In this document: positions 19,571 through 30,237 of the stretch, one piece after another | How positions within the stretch are numbered: position 1 is the first letter of the stretch | Layout of the letters: each line of letters starts with the position of its first letter | Source: Aquiluna sp. | GTDB lineage: Bacteria > Actinomycetota > Actinomycetes > Actinomycetales > Microbacteriaceae | NCBI GenBank assembly: GCA_049242305.1 | Contig: JBMLPC010000052.1 | Coordinates: 6,051-70,050, forward strand | Direction: 5' to 3' | DNA length: 64,000 bases | Program-made: the position numbers and the translations under genes | Notes under the pieces: generated by a model | Told to the model about the DNA's origin: nothing | The model's input: the letters and a program-made list of their open reading frames with translations, nothing else | Databases searched by the model: none

Positions 19571-20228
19571 GGCGCCAGGTGGTTGCCCCTGGGACGCCGA
19601 GCAAACTCACGAGAGCCTTCTGCAGTATCTGCTTGAAGAAACCTATGAATTAATTGATGCCGTTGAATCAGGCAATCGTGATGAGGTTTTAGAGGAACTT
19701 GGTGATGTTCTTTACCAAGTAATTTTTCATTCAGATCTTGCTTCTAGTGGCACGTTAGGCGAACCATTCGATCTTGAAGATGTTGCGAGCCACATGGAGC
19801 ACAAAATGCGCTCAAGACATCCTCACGTTTTTGGAACCGAAGAGGAGCTGGCGATGTTTGCAGCTCAAACCGGTGATGAAGTGATGCAGAACTGGGACGC
19901 CCACAAGAAAAAAGAGAAGCCCGGCCGAACCTCAGTGATGGATGGGGTACCAAAGCAACTCCCAGCTCTTGCCAGAGCCAATAAGGTGATTGGAAAGGCG
20001 GAGAAAGCCGGAATCCTGAGCCCGCTTACTCAACCTGCGGTTCCGATGACAAACGAAGAAGATCTTGGTCGTTTATTACTAGCCGTAGTGGCAAGCGCCC
20101 GCTCGCTCAAAATTGATCCAGAAAGAGCCTTGCGCGAAGCGACCAGAGCTCTTGAACAAGAGGTTCGTGAACGAGAGATTTCGGATGCTAGCGACGCTGG
20201 CGTAATCGGCCGTTTGAATCTGGACTAG
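19527..20228 (+). CDS. mazG: MazG nucleotide pyrophosphohydrolase
   Basis: GGCPWDAEQTH, EELGDVL, RHPHVF; AGGA before ATG 19527. Confidence 0.92.
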   Translation: MEKLASLIQTAHQLRAPGGCPWDAEQTHESLLQYLLEETYELIDAVESGNRDEVLEELGDVLYQVIFHSDLASSGTLGEPFDLEDVASHMEHKMRSRHPHVFGTEEELAMFAAQTGDEVMQNWDAHKKKEKPGRTSVMDGVPKQLPALARANKVIGKAEKAGILSPLTQPAVPMTNEEDLGRLLLAVVASARSLKIDPERALREATRALEQEVREREISDASDAGVIGRLNLD

Positions 20229-20806
20229 CGGAACAGCTTCTCAAAGTCTCTAAAGCCCGCGTCTAAAACTTCTGAGGGGGTTCGTGGGTCATTGTTCTCC
20301 GCCCACCAAACCAAGACCGCCATCGAAACTGAAATTAGGGCTGACGCAATAATTCTTGAACGCAGCGGATCCTTACTAACTTTTTGAGCCGCTGACTCAA
20401 TCAGCAGTCGAACCTCCTCCATTTGACCGTGGCCCCAACCATAAATCTCAGGGGAGCTGGCAATCAGTTTTAGTCGTAGTCGAACAGTCTCTAGGGAGGA
20501 GTCCAAGACGTGCATAGCCTGCACCCAGGAAGTATGCAGCAATTTCACGACATCGGTTTCTGGATTCTCTTTTATGCGGCGCTCTAGTTCCAAATTGAAT
20601 TCATGCATGCCACCCCAAACCACTGCAGCTTTGGAGGGGTAGATGCGAAAGAGATTTGATCTTGAGATTTTCGCAGCCTCTGCGACATCATCCATGGTCA
20701 CTTTGTCGATCCCGCGCTGGCTAAACAATCTCAGCGCGGTTAGGCCAACTGCAGCGGGGTCCGTAGTGACAGGTCGCCCGCGCTTCGGCTTTTCTTGGCC
20801 GGTCAT
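20225..20806 (-). CDS. TetR family regulator (MftR-like)
   Basis: RGRP...LFSQRG..VTMDDVAEAAKISRSNLFRIYPSK HTH; leaderless ATG 20806 after TAATCT. Confidence 0.88.
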   Translation of the reverse strand: MTGQEKPKRGRPVTTDPAAVGLTALRLFSQRGIDKVTMDDVAEAAKISRSNLFRIYPSKAAVVWGGMHEFNLELERRIKENPETDVVKLLHTSWVQAMHVLDSSLETVRLRLKLIASSPEIYGWGHGQMEEVRLLIESAAQKVSKDPLRSRIIASALISVSMAVLVWWAENNDPRTPSEVLDAGFRDFEKLFR

Positions 20807-20925
20807 GCTGGCAAGATTAGCAACGCCTAACAGCAAACTAAACCCCAAAGTAAAGCTTTTGTATTCGTCGGAATGTCCGCCTTGATTAACCAAGGTAATG
20901 GTGGGGTCTGTGCCAAACTGGACGC

Positions 20926-22092
20926 GTGTCAGTAAACCCCCCGCGCGGTATGCGCGATCTTCTTCCACTGGAGAAGACTAAGCGCGAGCAAGTTTTGACT
21001 ACCATCCGTGGCGTTTATCAAAGTCGGGGATTTCAGGAAATTGAAACACCAGCACTTGAAGACATCTCCCGTCTGACTGCGGGTCAGGGCGGGGAAAACG
21101 AAAAGCTCGTATTTCAGGTTCTGAAGCGCGGCGAAGAGCTGGAACGCGCTCTTTCTGATGGATCGGAGCTTGCAGATTTAGGTTTGCGCTTTGACTTGAC
21201 GGTTCCCCTCACGAGATTTTTTGCTTCGAATCACGCAAAGCTTCCTAGGGTACTTAAAGCAATCCAAATTGGTCCTGTTTGGAGAGCTGAGCGACCACAG
21301 AAGGGTCGCTATCGTCAATTTCTGCAGTGCGACATTGACATTTTGGGCGAGGCAAGTGAACTCTCAGAACTTGAGTTGATATCGGCTTCACTTGCTGCGC
21401 TTGACGCAATTGGAATTAGGAATGCAACAATTCGAGTGAACGATCGCCGAGTGTTAGCTGCCGACTTATTGAAACTGGGAATTCAAGAACAGGACAAGGC
21501 AATGATTGCCATCGACAAATTGGACAAGATTGGGATTGATGGCGTCCAAGAAGAAATTGCTCAGGAATACGATAAAGAGACGGCAAAGAAGCTTGCAAGC
21601 TGGCTGGAAAATGCCAAATCAGCTGAATTACCCCAGGAATTGAACTGGGTAAAAAGTTTGCCCGACGCTAGCAAGGTCCGATTTGATCCAACGCTCGTGC
21701 GGGGGATGGGCTACTACACAGGAGCGATATTCGAAATTGAACATCCTGAGTCAACTTCGTCAATCGGCGGTGGCGGTCGTTACGACAACATGGTTGGTCA
21801 ATGGTCTGGCTCCTCAACGCCTGCGGTTGGAATTTCGCTGGGGATAGAGAGAATTCTGGACCTCCTGCCCCAGGAAGCCACCACTAACAATTCACTAGTT
21901 CTTCTCATTGAAGAGGATTATGCGCCAGCCCTATCAGCCCAAAAAGAGTTGATTGAACAGGGTTGGTCAGTGCGGATTGAGAGAGCTGCCAAGAACACCA
22001 AGGCGCAGCTTTCTGAGCTACAGGAGCAAGGTTTTGGAAGTTTTGCACTCTTGAAACCAGGGGAAAAACTGGACATTCGCAAACTTGGCTAA
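20926..22092 (+). CDS. hisS: Histidine--tRNA ligase
   Basis: PRGMRD, LRFDLTVP, RAERPQKGRYRQF, RGMGYYTG, GGGRYD. Confidence 0.96.
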   Translation: MSVNPPRGMRDLLPLEKTKREQVLTTIRGVYQSRGFQEIETPALEDISRLTAGQGGENEKLVFQVLKRGEELERALSDGSELADLGLRFDLTVPLTRFFASNHAKLPRVLKAIQIGPVWRAERPQKGRYRQFLQCDIDILGEASELSELELISASLAALDAIGIRNATIRVNDRRVLAADLLKLGIQEQDKAMIAIDKLDKIGIDGVQEEIAQEYDKETAKKLASWLENAKSAELPQELNWVKSLPDASKVRFDPTLVRGMGYYTGAIFEIEHPESTSSIGGGGRYDNMVGQWSGSSTPAVGISLGIERILDLLPQEATTNNSLVLLIEEDYAPALSAQKELIEQGWSVRIERAAKNTKAQLSELQEQGFGSFALLKPGEKLDIRKLG

Positions 22093-22143
22093 GCACTAGA
22101 ATTTAGTCCGAAGCCAGTGTTGTTTTCGATTCCCGCTAATTAG

Positions 22144-23442
<1,299 letters not shown>

Positions 23443-23481
23443 ATCTTCGGCGACTAATCAATAGAGTTCTAGACTCCTGTT

Positions 23482-23991
23482 ATGGCCCGTCCGCGCAAAA
23501 CCGAACCTAAAGTTCCAGTTGCTTTGTCGCAAGGCAAGGTCCTTGCCAAGTCGCTGAGAATAAACAGCACATGGGTGAGCGTGATAGCAGTTGTCGTGAT
23601 TGGTAGTTTTCTAATCTCGCCGGACGTCGAGGCTTTCTTGAATCAACGACGTCAGATTGCTGAGATGGAAGAGAGCATCCGCCTTGCTCAAGAGCAAGTC
23701 GAGCAGATGCAGGCCGAGCGGGACCGTTGGCAAGACCCGGTTTACATTCGCTCGCAAGCCAGAGATCGTCTTTACTATGTCCTGCCAGGAGAGGTGTCTT
23801 ACCTCGTGATGGATTCAAGCGGCATGGACTTTTCCGATACTTCGGGAACGGTTGGAGCCATATTGGCTGATCGAAGAAGCGCTGATGAGATTTCCACTGA
23901 AATTGCCGCGGCCAATGACAATTGGGTGGATTCTTTGCTTGAGTCCTTTTTGCGCGCTGCGATTGATCAGCCCGTCGAGGAGGAGAAGTGA
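23482..23991 (+). CDS. ftsB: FtsB/DivIC septum formation initiator
   Basis: One TM helix plus coiled coil, DPVYIRSQARDRL..PGE; follows eno. Confidence 0.88.
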   Translation: MARPRKTEPKVPVALSQGKVLAKSLRINSTWVSVIAVVVIGSFLISPDVEAFLNQRRQIAEMEESIRLAQEQVEQMQAERDRWQDPVYIRSQARDRLYYVLPGEVSYLVMDSSGMDFSDTSGTVGAILADRRSADEISTEIAAANDNWVDSLLESFLRAAIDQPVEEEK

Positions 23992-24467
23992 TTTCTCCGG
24001 AAGATCTTGAGGAAGTCTCTCGGCAACTGGGCAGGCCAGCCAGAGACATAGTCGAGGTGGCGGCTAGGTGTGTTTGTAAGCGACCAATCGTTGTTAAGAC
24101 CAAACCCCGATTAGAAGATGGCACACCATTTCCCACCCTCTATTACCTAACTCAGAAGGCAGCGACGGCAGCAGTATCAACTCTTGAGGCAACCGGTTAT
24201 ATGAGCGAGCTTCAACGAGAGTTATTAGAAGACGACAAGTTGTCCAATGCCTACACACGTGCGCACCAAAAGTATTTGGCCGAGCGTGAAGAGATTGAAG
24301 TCGTAGACGAAATTGAAGGGATATCCGCAGGGGGAATGCCCTATCGCGTTAAGTGCCTGCATGCCTTGGTTGCTCATTCGCTTGCGGCAGGCAAAGGGGT
24401 CAATCCCATTGGGGACCTCGCACTAGCAAAGCTTGATTGGTCTCCCAAAGTCTGTACCTGCCTGTAG
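23988..24467 (+). CDS. DUF501 family protein
   Basis: PRLEDGTPFPTLYYL, GGMP.RVKCLHAL; conserved eno-divIC-DUF501 order. Confidence 0.9.
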   Translation: MISPEDLEEVSRQLGRPARDIVEVAARCVCKRPIVVKTKPRLEDGTPFPTLYYLTQKAATAAVSTLEATGYMSELQRELLEDDKLSNAYTRAHQKYLAEREEIEVVDEIEGISAGGMPYRVKCLHALVAHSLAAGKGVNPIGDLALAKLDWSPKVCTCL

Positions 24468-24691
24468 CGGGCTGTATCTTTCAGGCAGGCGACAGGGCAG
24501 TTTTCCTGCCATCCGCGCAATAAAGACCTACTTCGACCCCGAATGACGAATTTAACGCCACGTCCAACCCAGAGCCTTGGTCCAATCCGCTACTCTATGT
24601 TCTGTTAGTTCCCCATGTTCGATTGCTTGGCTCTTTATCTCAATCGATCAGGGCGGGCTGGAAAGAAATAACCAGAAGGTAATTCACTCTC

Positions 24692-26083
24692 ATGACGGTC
24701 GAGACCAGTAAGTCAAAGACGCCCAAGGCAGTTCTCCAACAAGTTTTGGCACCTGCGAAACCCAAGAAAATTTTGATTATCGGCGGTGGCTACGCCGGTT
24801 TCTACACTGCTTGGAAGCTCGAGAAGCTTCTCAAGAAAGGCGAGGCTGAGGTTACCTTGGTTGACCCGCTGCCTTATATGACCTACCAGCCTTTCCTCCC
24901 CGAAGTCGCGGCCGGATCGATAGAGGCAAGGCACACGGTGGTGTCACACCGCCAGCACCTGAGAAAGACCAATCTTGTTAGTGGACGCATGACACAGGTT
25001 GTTCACAAGAGCAAAAAAGCCACCATTGAGGTTGAAGGCGGAAAAACCGTAACCCTCTCCTACGACCTAATTGTTATGACAGCGGGAGCAGTCACCAGAA
25101 CATTTCCAATCGAAGGAATTGCCGAAAACGCAATCGGTATGAAGACGATTGAGGAGGCGATAGAGGTTAGAAACAGGCTCTTTGCCAATTTCAATCGAGC
25201 CGCAGCGCTACCAAAATCAAACCCACTTCGTAAGCGTCTACTTACATTGATTGTGGTTGGTGGCGGTTTTGCTGGCATTGAAGCATTTGCCGAACTTCGA
25301 AGCGCGGCAACTGCCCTTCTTCGCTACTATACAGAGATTTCTTTTGATGAGGTCAATTTCCACCTCATCGAGGCTATGGGTCGGATCATGCCGGAGGTGT
25401 CTGAAAAGACTGCCTTGCAGGTTATTGAGAACCTGGAAAAACGAGCTGCATATGTTCACCTAAACACTCAGGTTGTTTCAGCAAAAGACGGCAAAGTAAA
25501 GCTGTCAACCGGAGAAGTTTTTGAATCAGATTTGATTATTTGGACCGCCGGAGTCGCAGCCGCTCCAGTTGCCAAGAATTGTGATTTTCCTCTAGACGCA
25601 AGATTTAGGCTGAACGCAAATGCCAAGCTGCAAATCGTTGAGGGCGATAAGCCAGTAAAGAATGCTTGGACGGCTGGCGACGTTGCGGCTGTGCCGGACC
25701 TTTCAGGCGGTGGCGTTGGTGGCTACTGTGTACCAAATGCTCAGCACGCAGTCAGACAGGCCAAACTGCTGGCAAAAAACATTGTCGCTAGTTTGCGCGG
25801 TGAAGAGATTCGCGAATACCGCTGGAAGACTATTGGTGCGGTAGCTGGTCTCGGTATTGGTATTGGCGCAATCAAAGTTGGCAAGTTTGGAATGATTGGT
25901 TTTCTTCCGTGGCTGGCTCACCGTGGTTACCACGGATTGGCCATGCCGACTTGGGAGCGTAAGATCCGAGTAATTTCTGGTTGGGTTTGGAATGCGATTC
26001 TGGGTAGGGATTTAGTTGCTATTGAGGCAACCAAGACCCCTCGATTATTCTTCGAGACCTGGGCCACCAAACCTGGTAAATAA
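24692..26083 (+). CDS. ndh: Type II NADH dehydrogenase-like FAD oxidoreductase
   Basis: IIGGGYAG, VVGGGFAGIE, WTAGV, AQHAVRQ. Confidence 0.85.
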   Translation: MTVETSKSKTPKAVLQQVLAPAKPKKILIIGGGYAGFYTAWKLEKLLKKGEAEVTLVDPLPYMTYQPFLPEVAAGSIEARHTVVSHRQHLRKTNLVSGRMTQVVHKSKKATIEVEGGKTVTLSYDLIVMTAGAVTRTFPIEGIAENAIGMKTIEEAIEVRNRLFANFNRAAALPKSNPLRKRLLTLIVVGGGFAGIEAFAELRSAATALLRYYTEISFDEVNFHLIEAMGRIMPEVSEKTALQVIENLEKRAAYVHLNTQVVSAKDGKVKLSTGEVFESDLIIWTAGVAAAPVAKNCDFPLDARFRLNANAKLQIVEGDKPVKNAWTAGDVAAVPDLSGGGVGGYCVPNAQHAVRQAKLLAKNIVASLRGEEIREYRWKTIGAVAGLGIGIGAIKVGKFGMIGFLPWLAHRGYHGLAMPTWERKIRVISGWVWNAILGRDLVAIEATKTPRLFFETWATKPGK

Positions 26084-26095
26084 CCAGTTAGATTG

Positions 26096-26120
26096 GGCCC
26101 AGGTCAGCTGGGCCTTTTTT
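26096..26120 (+). terminator. Intrinsic terminator after ndh
   Basis: GGCCCAG-gtcag-CTGGGCC followed by TTTTTT. Confidence 0.75.
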
Positions 26121-26123
26121 ATT

Positions 26124-26199
26124 GCCCCGATAGCCCAATGGCAGAGGCAGACGACTTAAAATCGTCACAGTGTGGGTTCGAGTCCCACTCGGGGCACCA
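26124..26199 (+). tRNA. tRNA-Leu(TAA), short variable arm
   Basis: GCCCCGA/TCGGGGC acceptor, GACGA-CT-TAA-AA-TCGTC anticodon arm, GTTCGAGTC, CCA. Confidence 0.95.
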
Positions 26200-26257
26200 T
26201 CTTCAGCAAAGGCACAGCCAGTTCGCATAGTCTGGTGACAGCTTTCTAAGGAGCCAA

Positions 26258-26824
26258 ATGGAAGTCTTTCTAATCCTCCTAGGTCTAGCCGCGCTAGTCG
26301 GCATTTACCTATGGGTCACCTATAACGCGCTTGTCGCATTGAAGGTTCGTGTTGATGAGGCATGGAGTGACATCACTGTTCAACTCAAGCGCCGTGCTGA
26401 CTTGATACCAAACCTAATCGAGACCGTGCGCGGCTACGCCTCGCATGAGCGCGAGGTATTTGACAGCGTCACTCGTGCCCGAGCAGCCACCGTTTCACCG
26501 GATGCACTTGCTCACCCAGCTCAAGCGGCTGAAGCTGAGGGGATGTTGCAGGGAGCGCTAAAGAGCCTGTTTGCAGTTTCTGAGGCCTATCCACAACTCG
26601 TTGCCTCAACTAACTTCCTTGAACTGCAGCGCGAACTAACCGACACCGAAGACAAAATTATGGCTTCGCGTCGGTTCTACAACGGAGGAGTTGCTGAACT
26701 AAACACCAAGATTCAGCAGTTCCCGAACAACGTGTTTGCTCGCAACCTTGGTTTTACTAACCGTGAATTCTTCGAGGTAGAAAACCCAGCTGCGATTCAA
26801 GAGCCACCGCAGGTCAAGTTCTAA
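26258..26824 (+). CDS. lemA: LemA family protein
   Basis: N-terminal TM, QLKRRADLIPNL, EAYPQL, SRRFYN. Confidence 0.95.
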   Translation: MEVFLILLGLAALVGIYLWVTYNALVALKVRVDEAWSDITVQLKRRADLIPNLIETVRGYASHEREVFDSVTRARAATVSPDALAHPAQAAEAEGMLQGALKSLFAVSEAYPQLVASTNFLELQRELTDTEDKIMASRRFYNGGVAELNTKIQQFPNNVFARNLGFTNREFFEVENPAAIQEPPQVKF

Positions 26825-26826
26825 GA

Positions 26827-27714
26827 ATGTATCGAGCGATAGCCGCCAATAAACGCAACACAGTCATAATCATCGGACTGTTTGTCGGTCTTCTAACTGC
26901 CCTGGCGGTTTGGTGGGGTCAGGCAAGTGGCAATGGCTCAAGTGCAATTTTTATTGTGCTGTTTGTTCTCGGCTACACAGTCTTTCAGTATTACGCGGCA
27001 TCTAAACTTGCTCTTTCCATGAGCGGAGCTCATGAAATACAAAAGCAGGACAATCCACGCCTTTGGAACATAGTTGAGAATCTAGCCATCACCGAGGGAC
27101 TACCAATGCCCAAGGTTTACATCATCAACGATCCAGCACCAAATGCGTTTGCTACTGGTAGAAATCCTAAAAATGCTGTTGTGGCTGCTACCACTGGACT
27201 GCTTGAAATTATGGACGACAATGAGCTGCAGGGTGTCATGGCGCATGAGCTCGGTCACGTAAAGAACTTTGACATACGGGTATCAACACTTGTGTTTGGC
27301 CTTGTCTCGGCGATTGGAATTCTGGCGGACTTGGCTATTCGCATGGCCTGGTTTGGTTCGTCTTCAAGAAATCGAGACAGCGGCCAGTTGGGAATGATTT
27401 TGGTTCTAGTAGGAGTCGTGGGATGGATTATCGCCTGGTTGATTGGCCCGCTGGTTTCGGCAGCCGTCTCAAGACAGCGTGAATACCTTGCGGATGCCAC
27501 TGGCGCTGAGATGACCAGATATCCGCAGGGATTGGCCAGTGCCCTTAAGAAACTTGGGGAATACGGTCGACCAATGCGCCGTGCCAACAGCGCCATGGCC
27601 CACATGTACATCAACGATCCTCTGAAGCCAGGCATGGTTGAGCGGGTATTTTCAACCCACCCACCTATTCCAGACAGAATTAAGCGCCTGGCCGAAATCT
27701 CTCGCGGCTTCTAA
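26827..27714 (+). CDS. htpX: M48 zinc metalloprotease HtpX
   Basis: PNAFATG, HELGH, SRQREYLAD, STHPP. Confidence 0.93.
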   Translation: MYRAIAANKRNTVIIIGLFVGLLTALAVWWGQASGNGSSAIFIVLFVLGYTVFQYYAASKLALSMSGAHEIQKQDNPRLWNIVENLAITEGLPMPKVYIINDPAPNAFATGRNPKNAVVAATTGLLEIMDDNELQGVMAHELGHVKNFDIRVSTLVFGLVSAIGILADLAIRMAWFGSSSRNRDSGQLGMILVLVGVVGWIIAWLIGPLVSAAVSRQREYLADATGAEMTRYPQGLASALKKLGEYGRPMRRANSAMAHMYINDPLKPGMVERVFSTHPPIPDRIKRLAEISRGF

Positions 27715-27753
27715 TCGCTAGACTTTCTCTCATTCTCTGATTGAAGGTTTGCC

Positions 27754-28989
27754 ATGGCTCAGCAAAAGTTCCCATCGCTTCAGGAGTTTCAAGACGCAGC
27801 AAAGAGGGTGCAGTCTGTTGTTACTAAGACTCCTCTGATTGAGAGTCATTGGCTAACCGAGGTTACTGGCCAACCAGTTTTTTATAAGTGTGAGAATCTT
27901 CAGCGCACCGGAGCTTACAAAGTGCGAGGAGCCTACAATCTGCTCTCTCAGCTGACTAAGGAAGAACAAAAGCGCGGTGTAGTGGCAGCCTCCGCAGGAA
28001 ATCACGCTCAAGGCGTTGCCCTGGCAGCTCAGCAGCTAGGAATAAAGGCAACAATCTTTATGCCAGTCGGTGCCTCTTTACCAAAGTATCAAGCAACAAT
28101 CGGTTATGGTGCAAACGTCGTCTTGACCGGAGCCATTTTCGATGAAACCAATGCTGCCGCCAAGGATTTTGCTCAAAAAAGCGGAGCTGTTTATGTACCA
28201 CCATTTGACCACCTAGACATCGTTCGTGGCCAGGGCACCGTTGCCTTAGAGATATTTGATCAGCTGCCTGATGTTGACAACATTGTTGTCTGTCTTGGCG
28301 GTGGCGGCTTGACTGCCGGTGTCGCCTTGGCGGCGAAGCTAAAGGCTCAAGAGCTCGGAAGAAAAGTAAAGGTTTATGCCGTGCAAGCGGAGCTTGCCGC
28401 CGCATACCCAGCATCTCTAAGAGCTGGTAAACCAGTTGAGGTGAAAACTCAGCCGACCATCGCTGATGGAATCGCGGTTGCCAAGCCTGGCAAAGTGCCA
28501 TTTGACATCATTGCAAAACACGTGGACAAAGTAGTCACTGTTAGCGAAGACGAAATTGCCAAGGGAATGCTTGGGGTACTGGAACGCAGCAAGTTAGTGG
28601 TTGAGGCAGGAGGCGCCGTAGGCGTGGCTGCTGTTTTGGCAAAGAAGTTAAAGCTCAAAGGCAAGACGGCGATTGTTCTATCGGGCGGAAACATCGATCC
28701 ACTTCTACTTCAGAGGGTAATTAGACACGGTCTAGCAGCGTCAGATCGCTACACCAACATTGCAGTCATGTTGCCGGATCGACCTGGCCAATTAGTAAGA
28801 ACCGCTCAAGCGGTTGCAGATGCGCATGCAAACGTTGTAGAGGTATTGCACACTCGTCACGGCAATGGTCTTCAAATTAGCGAAGTTGAGTTGGATTTGA
28901 GTGTTGAGACGAGAGGCAAGGAGCACCGTGATGAAGTCCTCGAGGCGCTCAAGCAGGCAGGCCTTAACCCTAAGCTGCTGAGCGACTAA
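27754..28989 (+). CDS. ilvA: Threonine ammonia-lyase with ACT domain
   Basis: KCENLQRTGAYKVRGA, SAGNHAQG, SGGNID. Confidence 0.95.
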   Translation: MAQQKFPSLQEFQDAAKRVQSVVTKTPLIESHWLTEVTGQPVFYKCENLQRTGAYKVRGAYNLLSQLTKEEQKRGVVAASAGNHAQGVALAAQQLGIKATIFMPVGASLPKYQATIGYGANVVLTGAIFDETNAAAKDFAQKSGAVYVPPFDHLDIVRGQGTVALEIFDQLPDVDNIVVCLGGGGLTAGVALAAKLKAQELGRKVKVYAVQAELAAAYPASLRAGKPVEVKTQPTIADGIAVAKPGKVPFDIIAKHVDKVVTVSEDEIAKGMLGVLERSKLVVEAGGAVGVAAVLAKKLKLKGKTAIVLSGGNIDPLLLQRVIRHGLAASDRYTNIAVMLPDRPGQLVRTAQAVADAHANVVEVLHTRHGNGLQISEVELDLSVETRGKEHRDEVLEALKQAGLNPKLLSD

Positions 28990-29492
28990 AACTTAAAGTT
29001 TTTGACCTGCTTGATTTCAACTGAGATTTCTTTGCCATTTGGGGCAGAGTATGAAACCTTGTCGCCCACCTTTTTGCCCTCAATTGCCTGGCCGATCGGG
29101 GAGTCAGGGCTGTAGACGGAAAAATCACCGTCTTCGATCTCTTGCTCGTACTTGGTTCCCTCAAAAATCTCATGAGAGCCAAGAAAAAACTCATTCGGCT
29201 TGCCGTTGATGTCACAAACCACCAACAACCCCTGTTTTACAATCCCATCGCTAGCGTCGGCTTCCCCAACCGTGGCATTGGCGAGCATTTCTTCCAAGCG
29301 GTTGATTCGAGCCTCTAGCTTCCCTTGCTCTTCTTTTGCTGCGTGGTAGCCGCCGTTTTCCTTCAGATCGCCCTCTTCGCGGGCTTCCTGGATGCGCTTA
29401 GCAATCTCATGGCGCTCAACCAAAATGAGCTGCTCCAGCTCGCTCTTGAGCCTGTCATAGGCATCTTGAGTCAAAAGAATACTGTCGGACAT
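28986..29492 (-). CDS. greA: Transcription elongation factor GreA
   Basis: AREEGDLKENGGYHAAK, SPDSPIG. Confidence 0.97.
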   Translation of the reverse strand: MSDSILLTQDAYDRLKSELEQLILVERHEIAKRIQEAREEGDLKENGGYHAAKEEQGKLEARINRLEEMLANATVGEADASDGIVKQGLLVVCDINGKPNEFFLGSHEIFEGTKYEQEIEDGDFSVYSPDSPIGQAIEGKKVGDKVSYSAPNGKEISVEIKQVKNFKF

Positions 29493-29511
29493 CTTTCGCT
29501 TTCGGGAATTG

Positions 29512-29531
29512 AAAAAGCTCGCTTAGCGAGC
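29512..29531 (-). terminator. Intrinsic terminator-like hairpin in the greA leader
   Basis: Minus strand GCTCGC-TAA-GCGAGC-TTTTT, just downstream of -10 TAGACT (29539-44). Confidence 0.65.
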
Positions 29532-29541
29532 CAAGAAGAGT

Positions 29542-29934
29542 CTATCGCAGCGAACAGTTGTCAACCAGGCCTGTTACGGCCTCCTCATAGGTGTTGATAC
29601 TTACTGTGTGGGTTGTAATTAGCTGCTCAAAAGGCCCAAAACTGCGCTCTACGTGACCTACCACCGCAAAGGAGTTGTTGAGGGCTTCTAGTGTGCAATC
29701 CGCCACTTCCCCTGGCGGCATCTGAATCTCAAAATCCACCTCGGTTTGCCAAGGACTAATAACTCGAAAACCAACAGTGGTGGACTGGATGGGGCTCCAA
29801 TTAGCCAGCCCAAGCAGCACCGTTCCAATGGTCAGAGCTCCAATGCCTAGATAGGCAAACAGTCGAAAAAGCCGTGGGTTGGCAGATTTCTTGCCATATC
29901 GCTTGGCGAGGAGATCATCTTTTTGCTCGGTCAC
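29542..29934 (-). CDS. DUF4307 family membrane protein
   Basis: LAKRYG, one TM, C..EALN...VVG, C-terminal Cys; upstream of greA. Confidence 0.8.
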   Translation of the reverse strand: MTEQKDDLLAKRYGKKSANPRLFRLFAYLGIGALTIGTVLLGLANWSPIQSTTVGFRVISPWQTEVDFEIQMPPGEVADCTLEALNNSFAVVGHVERSFGPFEQLITTHTVSINTYEEAVTGLVDNCSLR

Positions 29935-29970
29935 CCCATAAGGCTAAGGCATAGGTGGAATACTGGTGAG

Positions 29971-30237
29971 GTGAACTTTCTGCTCAGTTTTGGATTATTG
30001 GCAACTATGCCAACCCCGGTGGCGGATGACACCTATAACTCACCAGGCACCATCGGTTTCATCATCACCTTTGCCGTGGCGGTGGGGGCGGTCTTTTTGT
30101 TCTTTGACATGAATCGACGAATTCGCAACACTAAATACCGCTCAGAAATTCGAGAAAAATTAGCGCAAGAAGATTTGGCTAGCTTTGGTGGCGAAAAGCC
30201 GAATCGGCCAGAACCACCAACTAAACCCCAGCGATAG
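29971..30237 (+). CDS. Small conserved membrane protein
   Basis: SPGTIGF-TM-DMNRRIR motif; GTG after AATACT plus 6 nt. Confidence 0.75.
   Translation: MNFLLSFGLLATMPTPVADDTYNSPGTIGFIITFAVAVGAVFLFFDMNRRIRNTKYRSEIREKLAQEDLASFGGEKPNRPEPPTKPQR

Noticed and set aside
19527-20228. mazG as part of a toxin-antitoxin or defence system
   Set aside because: It is in the usual housekeeping mfd-mazG-eno context with no toxin partner
23507-24136. Long alternative-frame ORFs (also 42176-42778, 11945-12526, 55296-55862)
   Set aside because: They overlap well-supported genes on the opposite strand and show no recognisable motifs
24468-24691. Rex operator before ndh
   Set aside because: No TTGTGAA-N4-TTCACAA-like site seen
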